Virus record (IMG/VR): IMGVR_UViG_3300045136_000895
Coordinates: 1 to 27,959 of that record
Origin: a virus
Lineage: Duplodnaviria; Caudoviricetes
Strand: one strand, 5' to 3'
DNA length: 27,959 bases
Position 1 is the stretch's first letter, and the number at the start of each line of letters is the position of its first letter. Positions 1 to 8,450 of the stretch are shown piece after piece. The notes below the pieces were generated by a model, which saw only the letters and a program-made list of their open reading frames with translations, did no database searches and was not told the DNA's origin. The translations under genes and the position numbers were made by a program.

Positions 1-1104
1 CTGGTAGCCGGGCATGGAGCGCGCGGCGAGCGCCTCGGCCATGGCGTCGAGGATCTGCGCAGGGTCGTCGTGGCTGGGGCCGGTCTCAGGGCGGGCCGGG
101 AGCGTCGGGCGGCTCGTCTGCGTCTGGGTGAAGGCGTCCCACAGGCGGCTGCGCAGCACCTCGGGGCTGACGCGCTCGCGGATGGCGGCATGGCGCAGCG
201 CGTCGAGGGTGTCCGCGGCGAGCAGGCCGCGGGCGGCGGCGAGCACCGGCTCGTAGCTGGCGATGCGCTCGGCAGCGGCGCGCTCGGCCTCGGCGCGGAT
301 GGCCTCGAGATCGATCGCCGGCACGGCCGGTGCGGGCGCGGTGCGGGTCGGCTCGGGCGGCGTGGTCTGCGCGGGGCTGGTGGTCACGGTGGTCTCCTGA
401 GGAGTGGCGGACGGCGACGCGGCAGGCGGCGCCGACGGGGCAGCAGCCGGCTCGGCCGGCGTCGTCTCGGGCATGGGTGGTTCCTCGTCAGGCAGGGCGG
501 GTTCGATCGCTGGCGCAGGGAGGCCCTGCTCCCCCTGCGCGCGGACCGCGGCGTCGCGGTCCACCGGAACCGGCACGACAGAGATCTCGAAGGGCTCCCA
601 ATCCACCGCGCGGTGGACGGTCTCGCCGGTCGCGGTGTCCGGCCGCGGCTCGTAGCGGTGCACGCGGTAGCCGACGCTCACCGCCCGCAGCGTGCCATCG
701 GCGATGCGCTGCCAGACCGGCTCCACATCGGCGGCGGTGCTGAATTGCAGCGTGGCATAGCCGCGGCCGCGCTCGAGACGGGCGGCCACGACGCGGCCGA
801 GCACGTCGCGGGCGTCGCCGCGCCGATGCGTATTCAGCACCGGCGCGCGCCCCGAGCGCAGCGCGTCCATGCGCACCGCGTTGGGCGACATCTCCAGCTC
901 CTCGGTGATCAGGCCGAGGGCCGGGACGAAGTTCCGCGCGCGAGCGCCGGTGGACCACACCACCTCGACGGTGCGCGCGGCACGATCGACGGTGGCAGGC
1001 GCGGTGATGGCGCGCTGCGCCACGAGCGGAACGTCCGCCGCGGTGGGCGCAGCTGCCGGCTCCGGTGCGGCATCGCTGCCGCCCGGCTCAGTGGTGTCGA
1101 TCAT
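1..1104 (-). CDS. Prohead protease / major capsid protein fusion, 5' part (truncated by window edge)
   Basis: Not in the ORF track because it has no stop in the window. ATG at 1104 reads MIDTTEPGG...RTVEVVWSTGA...APVLNTHRR...LRAVSVGYRV...WEPFEISVVPVPVD (HK97-type protease motifs), then a Pro/Ala/Thr linker and a helical region; open to base 1; directly follows the portal. Confidence 0.88.
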   Translation of the reverse strand, partial: MIDTTEPGGSDAAPEPAAAPTAADVPLVAQRAITAPATVDRAARTVEVVWSTGARARNFVPALGLITEELEMSPNAVRMDALRSGRAPVLNTHRRGDARDVLGRVVAARLERGRGYATLQFSTAADVEPVWQRIADGTLRAVSVGYRVHRYEPRPDTATGETVHRAVDWEPFEISVVPVPVDRDAAVRAQGEQGLPAPAIEPALPDEEPPMPETTPAEPAAAPSAPPAASPSATPQETTVTTSPAQTTPPEPTRTAPAPAVPAIDLEAIRAEAERAAAERIASYEPVLAAARGLLAADTLDALRHAAIRERVSPEVLRSRLWDAFTQTQTSRPTLPARPETGPSHDDPAQILDAMAEALAARSMPGYQ

Positions 1105-1153
1105 GTGGATATCCCTGGGGAAAAGGCCGGGATGATCTGTGGATAGGGCGCGC

Positions 1154-2641
1154 TCAGCCCTGGCCCGACGCAGGTTCAGTCGGCACGCGCGGTGGCGCGG
1201 CCGCGCCGGTGGCGGCGATCTCCACTGCGGCCATCTGCGCGGCGTCCTGGGCGGCGCCGCTCTGCGCCACCCGGCGCGGGTCGGTGTCGAGCGCGAGGCC
1301 GGCCTCGTCGAGGAGGGCGTTGGCCTCGCGGATCAGCTCGACCGCTTGGCGGAAGTCGTAGCCGAAGGCGCCCACCGCCTCGGGCTGCGGCACGAAGCCG
1401 GCGCGGACCTGGGCGATGAGGGCGGTGGTGTCCTTCAGCGGGTCGATCATCTCGTGCGCGGGCGGGACATGGCTGACGCCGTCCGGCACCTCGGTGCCCC
1501 ACAGCCCGAGCAGCGCGCCCTGGGCGTGGAACCGCTCGGCGATGGGGCGCACGAGCATCGGGATCAGCATGCCGTACTGCACCTGCTCGCAGAGGCGGCG
1601 GAACTCGATCTTGCCGGCGCGGAGGGACGAGTAGTTGGCCTGGGTGAGGTCGCCGGAGACCTGGTCGTAGGTCAGCCCCGCGCCGACCGCGGCGGCCTCG
1701 AGCGCACGGCGGGCGAAGGCGGCATGCGATCCTCCGCCGCTCGGGTTCACCACCTCCACCGAGCCCATGCCGCGGCGATAGAGGATCATCCCCGGCTCGA
1801 AGCTCTCGACCGCCCGGCCCTGGGCGTCGCGGAGCAGGCCGGCGGCGGCGCCGGTCAGCGCCTCGTCGCCTTCCTCGGTGACCACCGCCGCGAGGCAGGC
1901 CTCGATCTTGGCCTTCATCAGCAGCGCGGCCTCGTAGTCGCCGAGGTCGCGCAGGCGGAGCAGCACCGGCGCGAGCCAGGAGACGTCGCGGAGTTGGCCG
2001 GGACGGCGCTTGCGGTAGATGTGCAGCACGTCGCCGGCGGGGATGCGTTGGCTGCTCTGCCAGGTCACCCCCGGCAGGATCCAGGCGGCGCCGGGATGGA
2101 CGCGGTGGAGCCAGTAGCCGATCGGCTCACCCGCCTCGCCGAGGGCGATACCGTGGATGGTCGGCGCGCCCTCGACCTTGCCGTTCCGCGCGGTGTCGAG
2201 GTGATCACTCTCCAGCACCTGCAGGCGCAGGCCGACGGGATTGGCCGGCGACGGCGGCGCCAGCAGGAAGCGGACGAAGCACTCGCCGCTCTCCACGACG
2301 GCGCGCATCACCAGCGCCTGCAACCCATAGAGGTCGAGCCGCCCTTCCCCGTCGCAGGCCGTGCTCTCCGCCCAGCGCTGCCAGGCGCGGCCGTGCGCGT
2401 CGTCGGGCCAGCGCGTGGTGATGCCGGCACCCACCGCGTTGCCGGTCCACAGGTCGACAATGCGGCTGGCGTAGGGGTCGTTGCGCACCGCGTCGCGCGC
2501 GCGGCGGGCGACCGTCGCCGCGGCCAGGCCGACCTCGGCATTGGCGCTGCCGCCGGAGGGCGCCCAGGCCGAGGCGCGGTGGTCCTGCGCCGCGGCGTAG
2601 CCACGCAGCACCTGCCAGGCTGCGCGCAGGCGGTGCATCAT
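1154..2641 (-). CDS. Phage portal protein, lambda family
   Basis: 495 aa; RARDAVRNDPYA, RPGQLRDVSWLAPV, GDLTQANYSSLRAG, IDPLKD motifs; GGAG RBS upstream; position after terL and gpW. Confidence 0.95.
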   Translation of the reverse strand: MMHRLRAAWQVLRGYAAAQDHRASAWAPSGGSANAEVGLAAATVARRARDAVRNDPYASRIVDLWTGNAVGAGITTRWPDDAHGRAWQRWAESTACDGEGRLDLYGLQALVMRAVVESGECFVRFLLAPPSPANPVGLRLQVLESDHLDTARNGKVEGAPTIHGIALGEAGEPIGYWLHRVHPGAAWILPGVTWQSSQRIPAGDVLHIYRKRRPGQLRDVSWLAPVLLRLRDLGDYEAALLMKAKIEACLAAVVTEEGDEALTGAAAGLLRDAQGRAVESFEPGMILYRRGMGSVEVVNPSGGGSHAAFARRALEAAAVGAGLTYDQVSGDLTQANYSSLRAGKIEFRRLCEQVQYGMLIPMLVRPIAERFHAQGALLGLWGTEVPDGVSHVPPAHEMIDPLKDTTALIAQVRAGFVPQPEAVGAFGYDFRQAVELIREANALLDEAGLALDTDPRRVAQSGAAQDAAQMAAVEIAATGAAAPPRVPTEPASGQG

Positions 2642-2672
2642 CCGGTGATCTCCGCTGGAAACCGCCCGCTCG

Positions 2673-2691
2673 CTGGTCTAGGTAAGACCAG
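2673..2691 (+). promoter_or_regulatory. Putative vapBC operator (inverted repeat)
   Basis: CTGGTCT-aggta-AGACCAG inverted repeat about 30 bp upstream of the antitoxin start; type II TA operons are usually autoregulated at such repeats. Confidence 0.4.
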
Positions 2692-2720
2692 ATCGCGTAT
2701 CGGTATTACAGGAGGTCCTG

Positions 2721-2969
2721 ATGGCCACGACCGTCACCACCAAGGGGCAGGTCACCATCCCCAAGGAGGTCCGTGACCTGCTCGGCATCAAGCCGGGCAG
2801 CGCGGTCGCCTTCGAGGTGGCCGAGGACGGGCGTGTGGTCCTCAGCAAGGTCGGCCGCCGCGGCCCGACCACCCGCCGCCCTCCGAGCCGCTTCGCCAAG
2901 CTGCGCGGCCGCGCCAGCGCCGGGATGACCACAGAGGAAATCATGGCGCTGACGCGCGGCGAGGAGTGA
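2721..2969 (+). CDS. vapB: AbrB/MazE/SpoVT-family antitoxin
   Basis: 82 aa; TVTTKGQVTIPKEVRDLLGIKPGSAVAF AbrB signature; AGGAGG RBS; immediately upstream of a PIN toxin. Confidence 0.9.
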   Translation: MATTVTTKGQVTIPKEVRDLLGIKPGSAVAFEVAEDGRVVLSKVGRRGPTTRRPPSRFAKLRGRASAGMTTEEIMALTRGEE

Positions 2970-2970
2970 G

Positions 2971-3375
2971 GTGACCCTCGTCGACACCAATGTCCTGCTT
3001 GACCTGGTCACCGACAATGCGGACTGGGCGGAATGGTCGCAGCGCCAGCTTGAGGCCGCGGCGGTGCGCGGGCCGGTGCTGATCAATGACGTGGTGTATG
3101 CCGAACTCTCGGTGGGTTTCCTGCGCATGGAGGAGGTCAACGAGGTCCTCGCCATCGCTCAGGTAGAGACCGCCCCCATCTCGCGCGAGGCGCTGTTCCT
3201 CGCCGGCAAGGTGTTCCAGCGTTACCGCGCCGGCGGCGGCACCCGCACGGGCGTGCTCCCGGATTTCTTCATCGGGGCGCATGCCGCGGTGGCGCAGCTG
3301 CCGCTGCTAACCCGCGATGTCCGCCGGTATCGTACCTACTTCCCTACGGTGCGGCTGATCGCGCCGATGGATTGA
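2971..3375 (+). CDS. vapC: PIN-domain ribonuclease toxin
   Basis: 134 aa; LVDTNVLLD, VYAEL, PDFFIGAHA, LLTRD acidic PIN motifs. Confidence 0.92.
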   Translation: MTLVDTNVLLDLVTDNADWAEWSQRQLEAAAVRGPVLINDVVYAELSVGFLRMEEVNEVLAIAQVETAPISREALFLAGKVFQRYRAGGGTRTGVLPDFFIGAHAAVAQLPLLTRDVRRYRTYFPTVRLIAPMD

Positions 3376-3391
3376 GCGACTCTGTCCGCGC

Positions 3392-3628
3392 TCACGCATT
3401 GCCGCCGCGGCTGAAGCTCGCCAGCGTCACTGAAGGCCGGCGCGTTGCGCTGTTCTCGGCGCCATGGAGCGCGGCCAGTGCGCGGCCGAGCTCATCGAGG
3501 CTGCGGTATTCCACGGTGCGGCCGTCGAAGGTCACGCGCGTGGTGCCGCCGGTATAGGCCGCGGCCAGCACCGCAGCCCGGCTGCCGGCCGGCTGCGCCA
3601 GCGCCCAGGCGAGAACAGCGGGGTCCAT
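3392..3628 (-). CDS. gpW-like head-tail joining protein
   Basis: 78 aa from ATG 3628 (TGATG overlap with upstream gene); GTTRVTFDGRTVEYRSLDEL motif; canonical position between terL and portal. Confidence 0.82.
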   Translation of the reverse strand: MDPAVLAWALAQPAGSRAAVLAAAYTGGTTRVTFDGRTVEYRSLDELGRALAALHGAENSATRRPSVTLASFSRGGNA

Positions 3629-4236
3629 CAGGCCGCCCGCAGCGTCGGCAGCGGCGTCGCTGCGTTCACCAGATACGACAGCCCGTTCGGCGGGTTCGGC
3701 ATGATCGGCACGCCGGCCTGGTGGGTCAGCGCCGCAAAGAACCCGTTCTCGCTGCCGGTGGTGCCGCCACCGGCGCCGCCATCGGCCACGGCCGAGCCGA
3801 GCAGCAGCGTGTTGCCGCCGCTGAAGGCCTGCGTGCTGGTACCGCGCACCGAGGGCGCGCCGGAAAAGCATAGCAGCAGCCACCAGACCCCAGCCGGGAT
3901 CCAGCGCGGCTGCGCGAAGGGACAGATCGCACTACCGGCCGCGGTCGTGTCGGCGTCCGCCAACGGCTCCTCGATCACCGCCCCCGGCCGGCCGGCGCCA
4001 TTGTCCGCGGCGAGCGCCATACGCAGGAGTCCGGCCGCGCCCGTCGTCACACTGACAGCCATGGCCGAGAACAGCCCGGGACGCGCCAGCACGTAGGGGA
4101 CGCAGTACAGCCGGTTCGCCGTCATCGCGACCGCGCCGCCGACGGCGCGCGCATGCTGCGAGGCGTAGAAGCGCCCCGAGACGTAAGGCAGCATCGCCGG
4201 CGCCGGCGGCAGGTAGTGCTGGAAGAGCGCGGTCAT
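3628..4236 (-). CDS. Hypothetical protein (Gly/Ala-rich, possibly virion-associated)
   Basis: 202 aa; translationally coupled to neighbours on both sides. Confidence 0.7.
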   Translation of the reverse strand: MTALFQHYLPPAPAMLPYVSGRFYASQHARAVGGAVAMTANRLYCVPYVLARPGLFSAMAVSVTTGAAGLLRMALAADNGAGRPGAVIEEPLADADTTAAGSAICPFAQPRWIPAGVWWLLLCFSGAPSVRGTSTQAFSGGNTLLLGSAVADGGAGGGTTGSENGFFAALTHQAGVPIMPNPPNGLSYLVNAATPLPTLRAA

Positions 4237-4586
4237 GCGAGGGGCCGGATGCCGAGGGTGAGAAGGCGCTCCGCCACCTGGTTCACCGGCGCAGCGGCGA
4301 GGCCGGAGCGCATCCGCAGCCAGCGCCAGCCGAGCAGCAGGGTGGGCGGCAGGGTGAGTGCCCGGCCGGCGGTGGCGGCCAGCACCACCTCGTTGCCGAG
4401 GTGATCGTAGAGATCCGCCCAGGCCGCGGGCTCACCCTCGTCGAGCGAGCCTTGCAGGGTGAGCGGGGCGTCGGTCCAGGCGGCGGGCAGCAGCAGCAGG
4501 CAGACGCCGTAGCCGACGCTGGCGACAGGGCCGCTCAGCGCCTGGCCGGCGGCGATACTGGTGCGCACGGGCACGATCGCGGTCAT
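4233..4586 (-). CDS. Hypothetical protein
   Basis: 117 aa from ATG 4586 (MTAIVPVRTSIAAGQALSG) with GGAG RBS; ATGA overlap with next gene. Confidence 0.7.
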   Translation of the reverse strand: MTAIVPVRTSIAAGQALSGPVASVGYGVCLLLLPAAWTDAPLTLQGSLDEGEPAAWADLYDHLGNEVVLAATAGRALTLPPTLLLGWRWLRMRSGLAAAPVNQVAERLLTLGIRPLA

Positions 4587-4600
4587 CAGGGTCTCCAGGA

Positions 4601-6568
4601 TCAGCGCAACCAGCCGCTGCGCGGCGCAAGCCATCCGCGCGGGCGATGGGTGTCGGGCGCTGCCGGTGGCGACGCCGGAGCGACATTCCCGCCGGAGGGA
4701 AGTTCGGCCGCCGGCAGCGACAGCGCATCGACCATCCGGGCCCAGCGTCCGTCGCCCCAGCCATCCATGCCGAGCGCCGCCGCGGCTGCACGGGCATAGA
4801 CCCGGCAGTCGAGCGCCTCGTTCCTCTCGCGGGTCTTGACCCACTCCAGCCGCCGGAAGCCGTTGCGGCCGGCGCGGGCCACGAGCTGCTCCGCGGTCAG
4901 CTGCCGGCAGAATTCCTCGCCCGCCGCATGCACCGGCAGGTGCACGTAGCCCGGCGGGAAGGGATCGCCGCTCTCCTCCGTCGGCCGGTCGAGCTTCAGC
5001 CAGCCGTAGGTCTCGGCCTTCAGGAAGGACGAGCCTACCGGCCAGACCTTAAGCCCGCCTAGCTTCCGGCCATTGCGCCGCACCTCCGTCGCTGCCGGCT
5101 GGCCGACTGCTGCCCGGAGCCCGTCCTGGCCCTTCACGGCGATGGCGCGGCCGGCTCCGGCGCGCCGCACGAAGGCGTAGACCTCCGCCGTGGTCATGCC
5201 GTCGCCACTGTCGATGGCCGCCATGGCGATCGGCAGACGGTGCCCGCTGGCGTGCCGCCAGGTCTCGCCGAGCAGCCGCCGCAACTCCTCCCACACCGCC
5301 GCCTCGAACGGGTTCCCCGCCAGCACGCGGTGCTCGACCAGCCAGGACTGGCGGTCCTGCCCCCAGGCCCAGAGGCTCGCCTCGAGGCGGTCGCGCTGCA
5401 CGTCCACGCCGGCCGTCAGCAGCAGCCCGCCCATGGGCACGGTGCCCGCCGGCCAGTGCTCGCGGCGGTCATAGAGCCGCTGCCAGTCCGGCGCCTCGCC
5501 CGCCTCCTGCCAGGTCTCGCCCAGCACGGTGTTCCGAAAGGTCTTGATTGCCCGGTCGTCGCCCTGGGCGGCGAGCCAGAGACGGGCGATTTCCGACCAG
5601 GGCATCCAGCCCGGCGGCGAGTAGAGAGCCGAGATGTGGAAGCCGACCGCGTGCGGGTCCGTCGGTGTAGCCGTGGCCCGCCACTCGCCCGCGGCCAGCA
5701 TCGCCGCCTTGTGCTGCTCCCCGATCGCCCCGTCGCAGTCCTCGCAGAGATAGCGTGCCGTCTCCGGCGCGCCCTCGTCCCAGACCAGCCGCTCGAAGCG
5801 CAGGTGCTGGCGGTGGCCGCAATGCGGACATGGCACGAAGTAGCGCCGCTGGTCGGTCGCCAGGTATTCGCGCTCGATCCGCGACAAGCCGGCGATGGTC
5901 GGCGTGCTGACCAGCAGCATCTTGCGCCGCCAGCCGAAGGTCCGCGCCCGCGCCTCGGCCAGCGCGATCGGGTCGCCCTCGCCCTCGACGTCGCCGGGGT
6001 AGGCGTCAATCTCGTCGAGGAACAGGAACCGCGCCGACATCGAGCGCAGGCCCACGGCACTGTTCGCGCCGGTCATCACCAGCTGGCCGCCCGGGAACTC
6101 CTTGCTGAGCTGGCGATTGCCGCTGTCGCGGGAGCGGGCCGGCGCGACCCGTTCCCGGATCGCCGGCGTTTCCTCCACCAGCGGGTCGATGCGCTGGTCG
6201 GAGAAGCGCTTGGCCAGTTCGGTGGTCGGCTGCACCGCGAGCATCGGCCCCGGTGCGTGGTGGATCACGTAGCCGATCCAGTTGTTGCCGCACTCGGTGC
6301 CGCCGACCTGCGCGCCCTTCATGAACACGACACGCCGAGCGGGATGCGCCGGCGACAGCGCGTCCATGATCTCGCGCAGGTAGGGCGTGCGCGCGGTGCG
6401 CCACGGCCCCGGTTCGGCAGAGCCGCGGCTGCCGAGCAGGCGATGCCGGTCGGCCCATTCCGACACGAGCAGCGCCGGCTCCGGCGCCATGCCGTCGCGC
6501 CAGGCCTGCAGTATTTCGGCGTCGCCCTCGAAGCGGCCGAGTTCGTCCAGCAGATGCTCCCCGACCAT
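4601..6568 (-). CDS. terL: Terminase large subunit, lambda GpA family
   Basis: 655 aa; RTPYLREIMD, MKGAQVGGTE Walker A, LFLDEID Walker B, VSTPT motif III, CPHC/CEDC, AGVDVQ nuclease, RNEALDC. Confidence 0.97.
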   Translation of the reverse strand: MVGEHLLDELGRFEGDAEILQAWRDGMAPEPALLVSEWADRHRLLGSRGSAEPGPWRTARTPYLREIMDALSPAHPARRVVFMKGAQVGGTECGNNWIGYVIHHAPGPMLAVQPTTELAKRFSDQRIDPLVEETPAIRERVAPARSRDSGNRQLSKEFPGGQLVMTGANSAVGLRSMSARFLFLDEIDAYPGDVEGEGDPIALAEARARTFGWRRKMLLVSTPTIAGLSRIEREYLATDQRRYFVPCPHCGHRQHLRFERLVWDEGAPETARYLCEDCDGAIGEQHKAAMLAAGEWRATATPTDPHAVGFHISALYSPPGWMPWSEIARLWLAAQGDDRAIKTFRNTVLGETWQEAGEAPDWQRLYDRREHWPAGTVPMGGLLLTAGVDVQRDRLEASLWAWGQDRQSWLVEHRVLAGNPFEAAVWEELRRLLGETWRHASGHRLPIAMAAIDSGDGMTTAEVYAFVRRAGAGRAIAVKGQDGLRAAVGQPAATEVRRNGRKLGGLKVWPVGSSFLKAETYGWLKLDRPTEESGDPFPPGYVHLPVHAAGEEFCRQLTAEQLVARAGRNGFRRLEWVKTRERNEALDCRVYARAAAAALGMDGWGDGRWARMVDALSLPAAELPSGGNVAPASPPAAPDTHRPRGWLAPRSGWLR

Positions 6569-7146
6569 CAGCCGACGCTCACGCGGACGTCGTGCCGCTC
6601 AGCGAGGTGCTGGCGCAGCCGCGCGTCCATCATCGTCTGCAGCCGGTGCGCATCGACCCCGAGCTCGGCTGCCATCTCTGCGGCGACGCGGGCCGGCCAG
6701 GCGAGGATGGCGTCCCGCTCCTCCTTGGCGAGGCGGTGCACCAGCAGTAGGGCACGCGCCTTGTCCACCAGCTTGCCCTTGCGCTCGTCGAGCCGCAGCC
6801 GGCGCTCCTGCGCCTTGAGCACCTCGTTCGCCGTGCGCGCATCGTGGAAGGTATTCTGGGCGGCGCGCGGCAGCGGATCGGCCGCCGGCGCCATCGCGGC
6901 GACAGGCGGTGGCGTCGCTAGCCGCGATGCTGCCGGTGCGGTTGGCGCCAGCGTCGCCGTCTTGCGGACGGGGTCGCTGCTGTCAGCGAGCCGTGCCCGA
7001 ACCTTCTCGACATCCCAAGCGCCATCGGCCTCGGGCGCGATGCGGCCGGCGCGCTGCGCCTTCTGCAGCGCCGTGTGGGAAATGCCGAGGCGGCGCGCCA
7101 CCTCGCGCTGCGAGGCCACGCGGCCCGGCTGCGCAGCGGCGATCAT
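6568..7146 (-). CDS. Putative terminase small subunit
   Basis: 192 aa from ATG 7146; N-terminal HTH (SQREVARRLGISHTALQKA), coiled coil ARTANEVLKAQERRLRL...KGKLVD; TGATG overlap with terL. Confidence 0.78.
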   Translation of the reverse strand: MIAAAQPGRVASQREVARRLGISHTALQKAQRAGRIAPEADGAWDVEKVRARLADSSDPVRKTATLAPTAPAASRLATPPPVAAMAPAADPLPRAAQNTFHDARTANEVLKAQERRLRLDERKGKLVDKARALLLVHRLAKEERDAILAWPARVAAEMAAELGVDAHRLQTMMDARLRQHLAERHDVRVSVG

Positions 7147-7258
7147 GATGTGATCGAGATCCCTCGAAGATAGCAATCGCCATCGCGGCGACGGCGCTTG
7201 GCTCGCGCGCGGCACAGCGCGAATGGTCCGTCACGCGATGCAGATGACGGAGCCGACC

Positions 7259-7483
7259 ATGACCAAGCGCGAAGCCAACCAGCAGCGGAGCCTCGAGGCC
7301 TTCCTCGCGAAGAAGGCGGAGTTCGACGCCCTGCTCGCCGAACTGCAGCAGGCCAGCGATGACCACTTCGGCGCGGATCCCGAGGCGGTGCTCTGGTGCG
7401 AGACCGCCTGGCTCACCGACGCCACCGCGAAGCTGAAGGAGGTCGCCGACCAACATTTCCGGCGCGGCGAATACCGCGCCTGA
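7259..7483 (+). CDS. Small conserved prophage hypothetical protein
   Basis: 74 aa from ATG 7259 with GGAG RBS; SLEAFLAKKAEFDALLAEL...SDDHFG...; type of ORF commonly seen upstream of DUF3489 genes. Confidence 0.72.
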   Translation: MTKREANQQRSLEAFLAKKAEFDALLAELQQASDDHFGADPEAVLWCETAWLTDATAKLKEVADQHFRRGEYRA

Positions 7484-7502
7484 CGCGCCGCGCTCCCGCA
7501 CC

Positions 7503-7562
7503 GCCCCGACCGGGTTCCGCCCGGCGGGGCTCCCGGCAGTAGGGGGCCGAGGGTCGGCTCCC
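7503..7562 (+). other. Two-hairpin intergenic structure (candidate cis-regulatory RNA)
   Basis: GCCCCGaCCGGG-ttccg-CCCGGCGGGGC (7503-7530) and GGGGGCCGA-ggg-TCGGCTCCC (7542-7562) just upstream of the DUF3489 RBS. Confidence 0.4.
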
Positions 7563-7581
7563 GGAACCGGAGACCACGACG

Positions 7582-8436
7582 ATGACGCTTTCCGATACCC
7601 AGCGCGTGATCCTGAGCGCCGCGGCGCAGCACGAGATGGGCCTCGCCCGCGCGCCGAAGACCCTGCCGGCCGCCGCCCGCAACGCGGTGTTCCGCAGCCT
7701 GATCAAGAACAACCTGCTCACCGAGATCAACGCCCCGCGGGAGCATGTCGGGCTCGGCTGGCGACAGGATGAGGACGGGACCTGGATCGTGGCGCGCATC
7801 ACCGACGCGGGGCTGCGCGCCATCGGCATCGACCCGAACGCGGGCGACGCGCGCGAGGAGGACGAGCAGAGCCCCGAGGCCATCGCCCGCCGCAACGCCG
7901 AGCGCCGCGCTGCCGCGGAGGCTGCCGCGCCGGTGGCCGACACGGCGCCCACGGGCGGGGAGGACGCCGCGGAGGGGGATTCCCCCGCAGAGGAACCCGA
8001 GGCGACCCAGGCCGCGCCCACGCCCGCCCCGCGGGCCAACCTGCGCGACGCCGCCGCGGCGGTGTTGGCCGCCTGGGACGACGAGGCGAACCGTGAGACG
8101 GACATCATCACCGCCCTCGACAGCCCGATGGCGGCCCTCCGTGCCGCGCTCGCCGGCAAGCCGCCCCGTGCCAACCGCGAGGCCGGCGCGCCGCGCAAGC
8201 CGCGCGAGGGGACGAAGCAGGAGACGGTCCTGGCGATGCTCCGCCGCGAGGAGGGCGCGACCATCGCGCAGATCTGCGAGGCGACCGGCTGGCAGCAGCA
8301 CACGGTCCGCGGGTTCTTCGCGGGCCTGAAGAAGCGCCAGGGGATCGAGGTGCAGGTGCTGGAGCGGGTGCGCCAGGTCGGCCCGAACAAGGAAGGCGCG
8401 AAGGGCTCCTTCACGATCTACCACCTGCCGGCCTGA
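7582..8436 (+). CDS. DUF3489 domain-containing protein (C-terminal winged-HTH-like)
   Basis: 284 aa; REGTKQETVLAMLRREEGATIAQICEATGWQQHTVRGFFAG signature; GGAG RBS. Confidence 0.85.
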   Translation: MTLSDTQRVILSAAAQHEMGLARAPKTLPAAARNAVFRSLIKNNLLTEINAPREHVGLGWRQDEDGTWIVARITDAGLRAIGIDPNAGDAREEDEQSPEAIARRNAERRAAAEAAAPVADTAPTGGEDAAEGDSPAEEPEATQAAPTPAPRANLRDAAAAVLAAWDDEANRETDIITALDSPMAALRAALAGKPPRANREAGAPRKPREGTKQETVLAMLRREEGATIAQICEATGWQQHTVRGFFAGLKKRQGIEVQVLERVRQVGPNKEGAKGSFTIYHLPA

Positions 8437-8450
8437 TCGCGCCGAAGGAA

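Noticed and set aside
70-2776. Long plus-strand ORFs 70-1146 and 1139-2776
   Set aside because: Antisense shadows of the capsid and portal genes; stop codons are scarce at this GC content and the translations have no recognisable motifs
5240-7153. 637-aa plus-strand ORF, and similar long antisense ORFs at 9772-11367, 16548-18263 and 20169-21932
   Set aside because: They overlap well-supported minus-strand genes and have Arg/Ala/Gly-rich shadow composition
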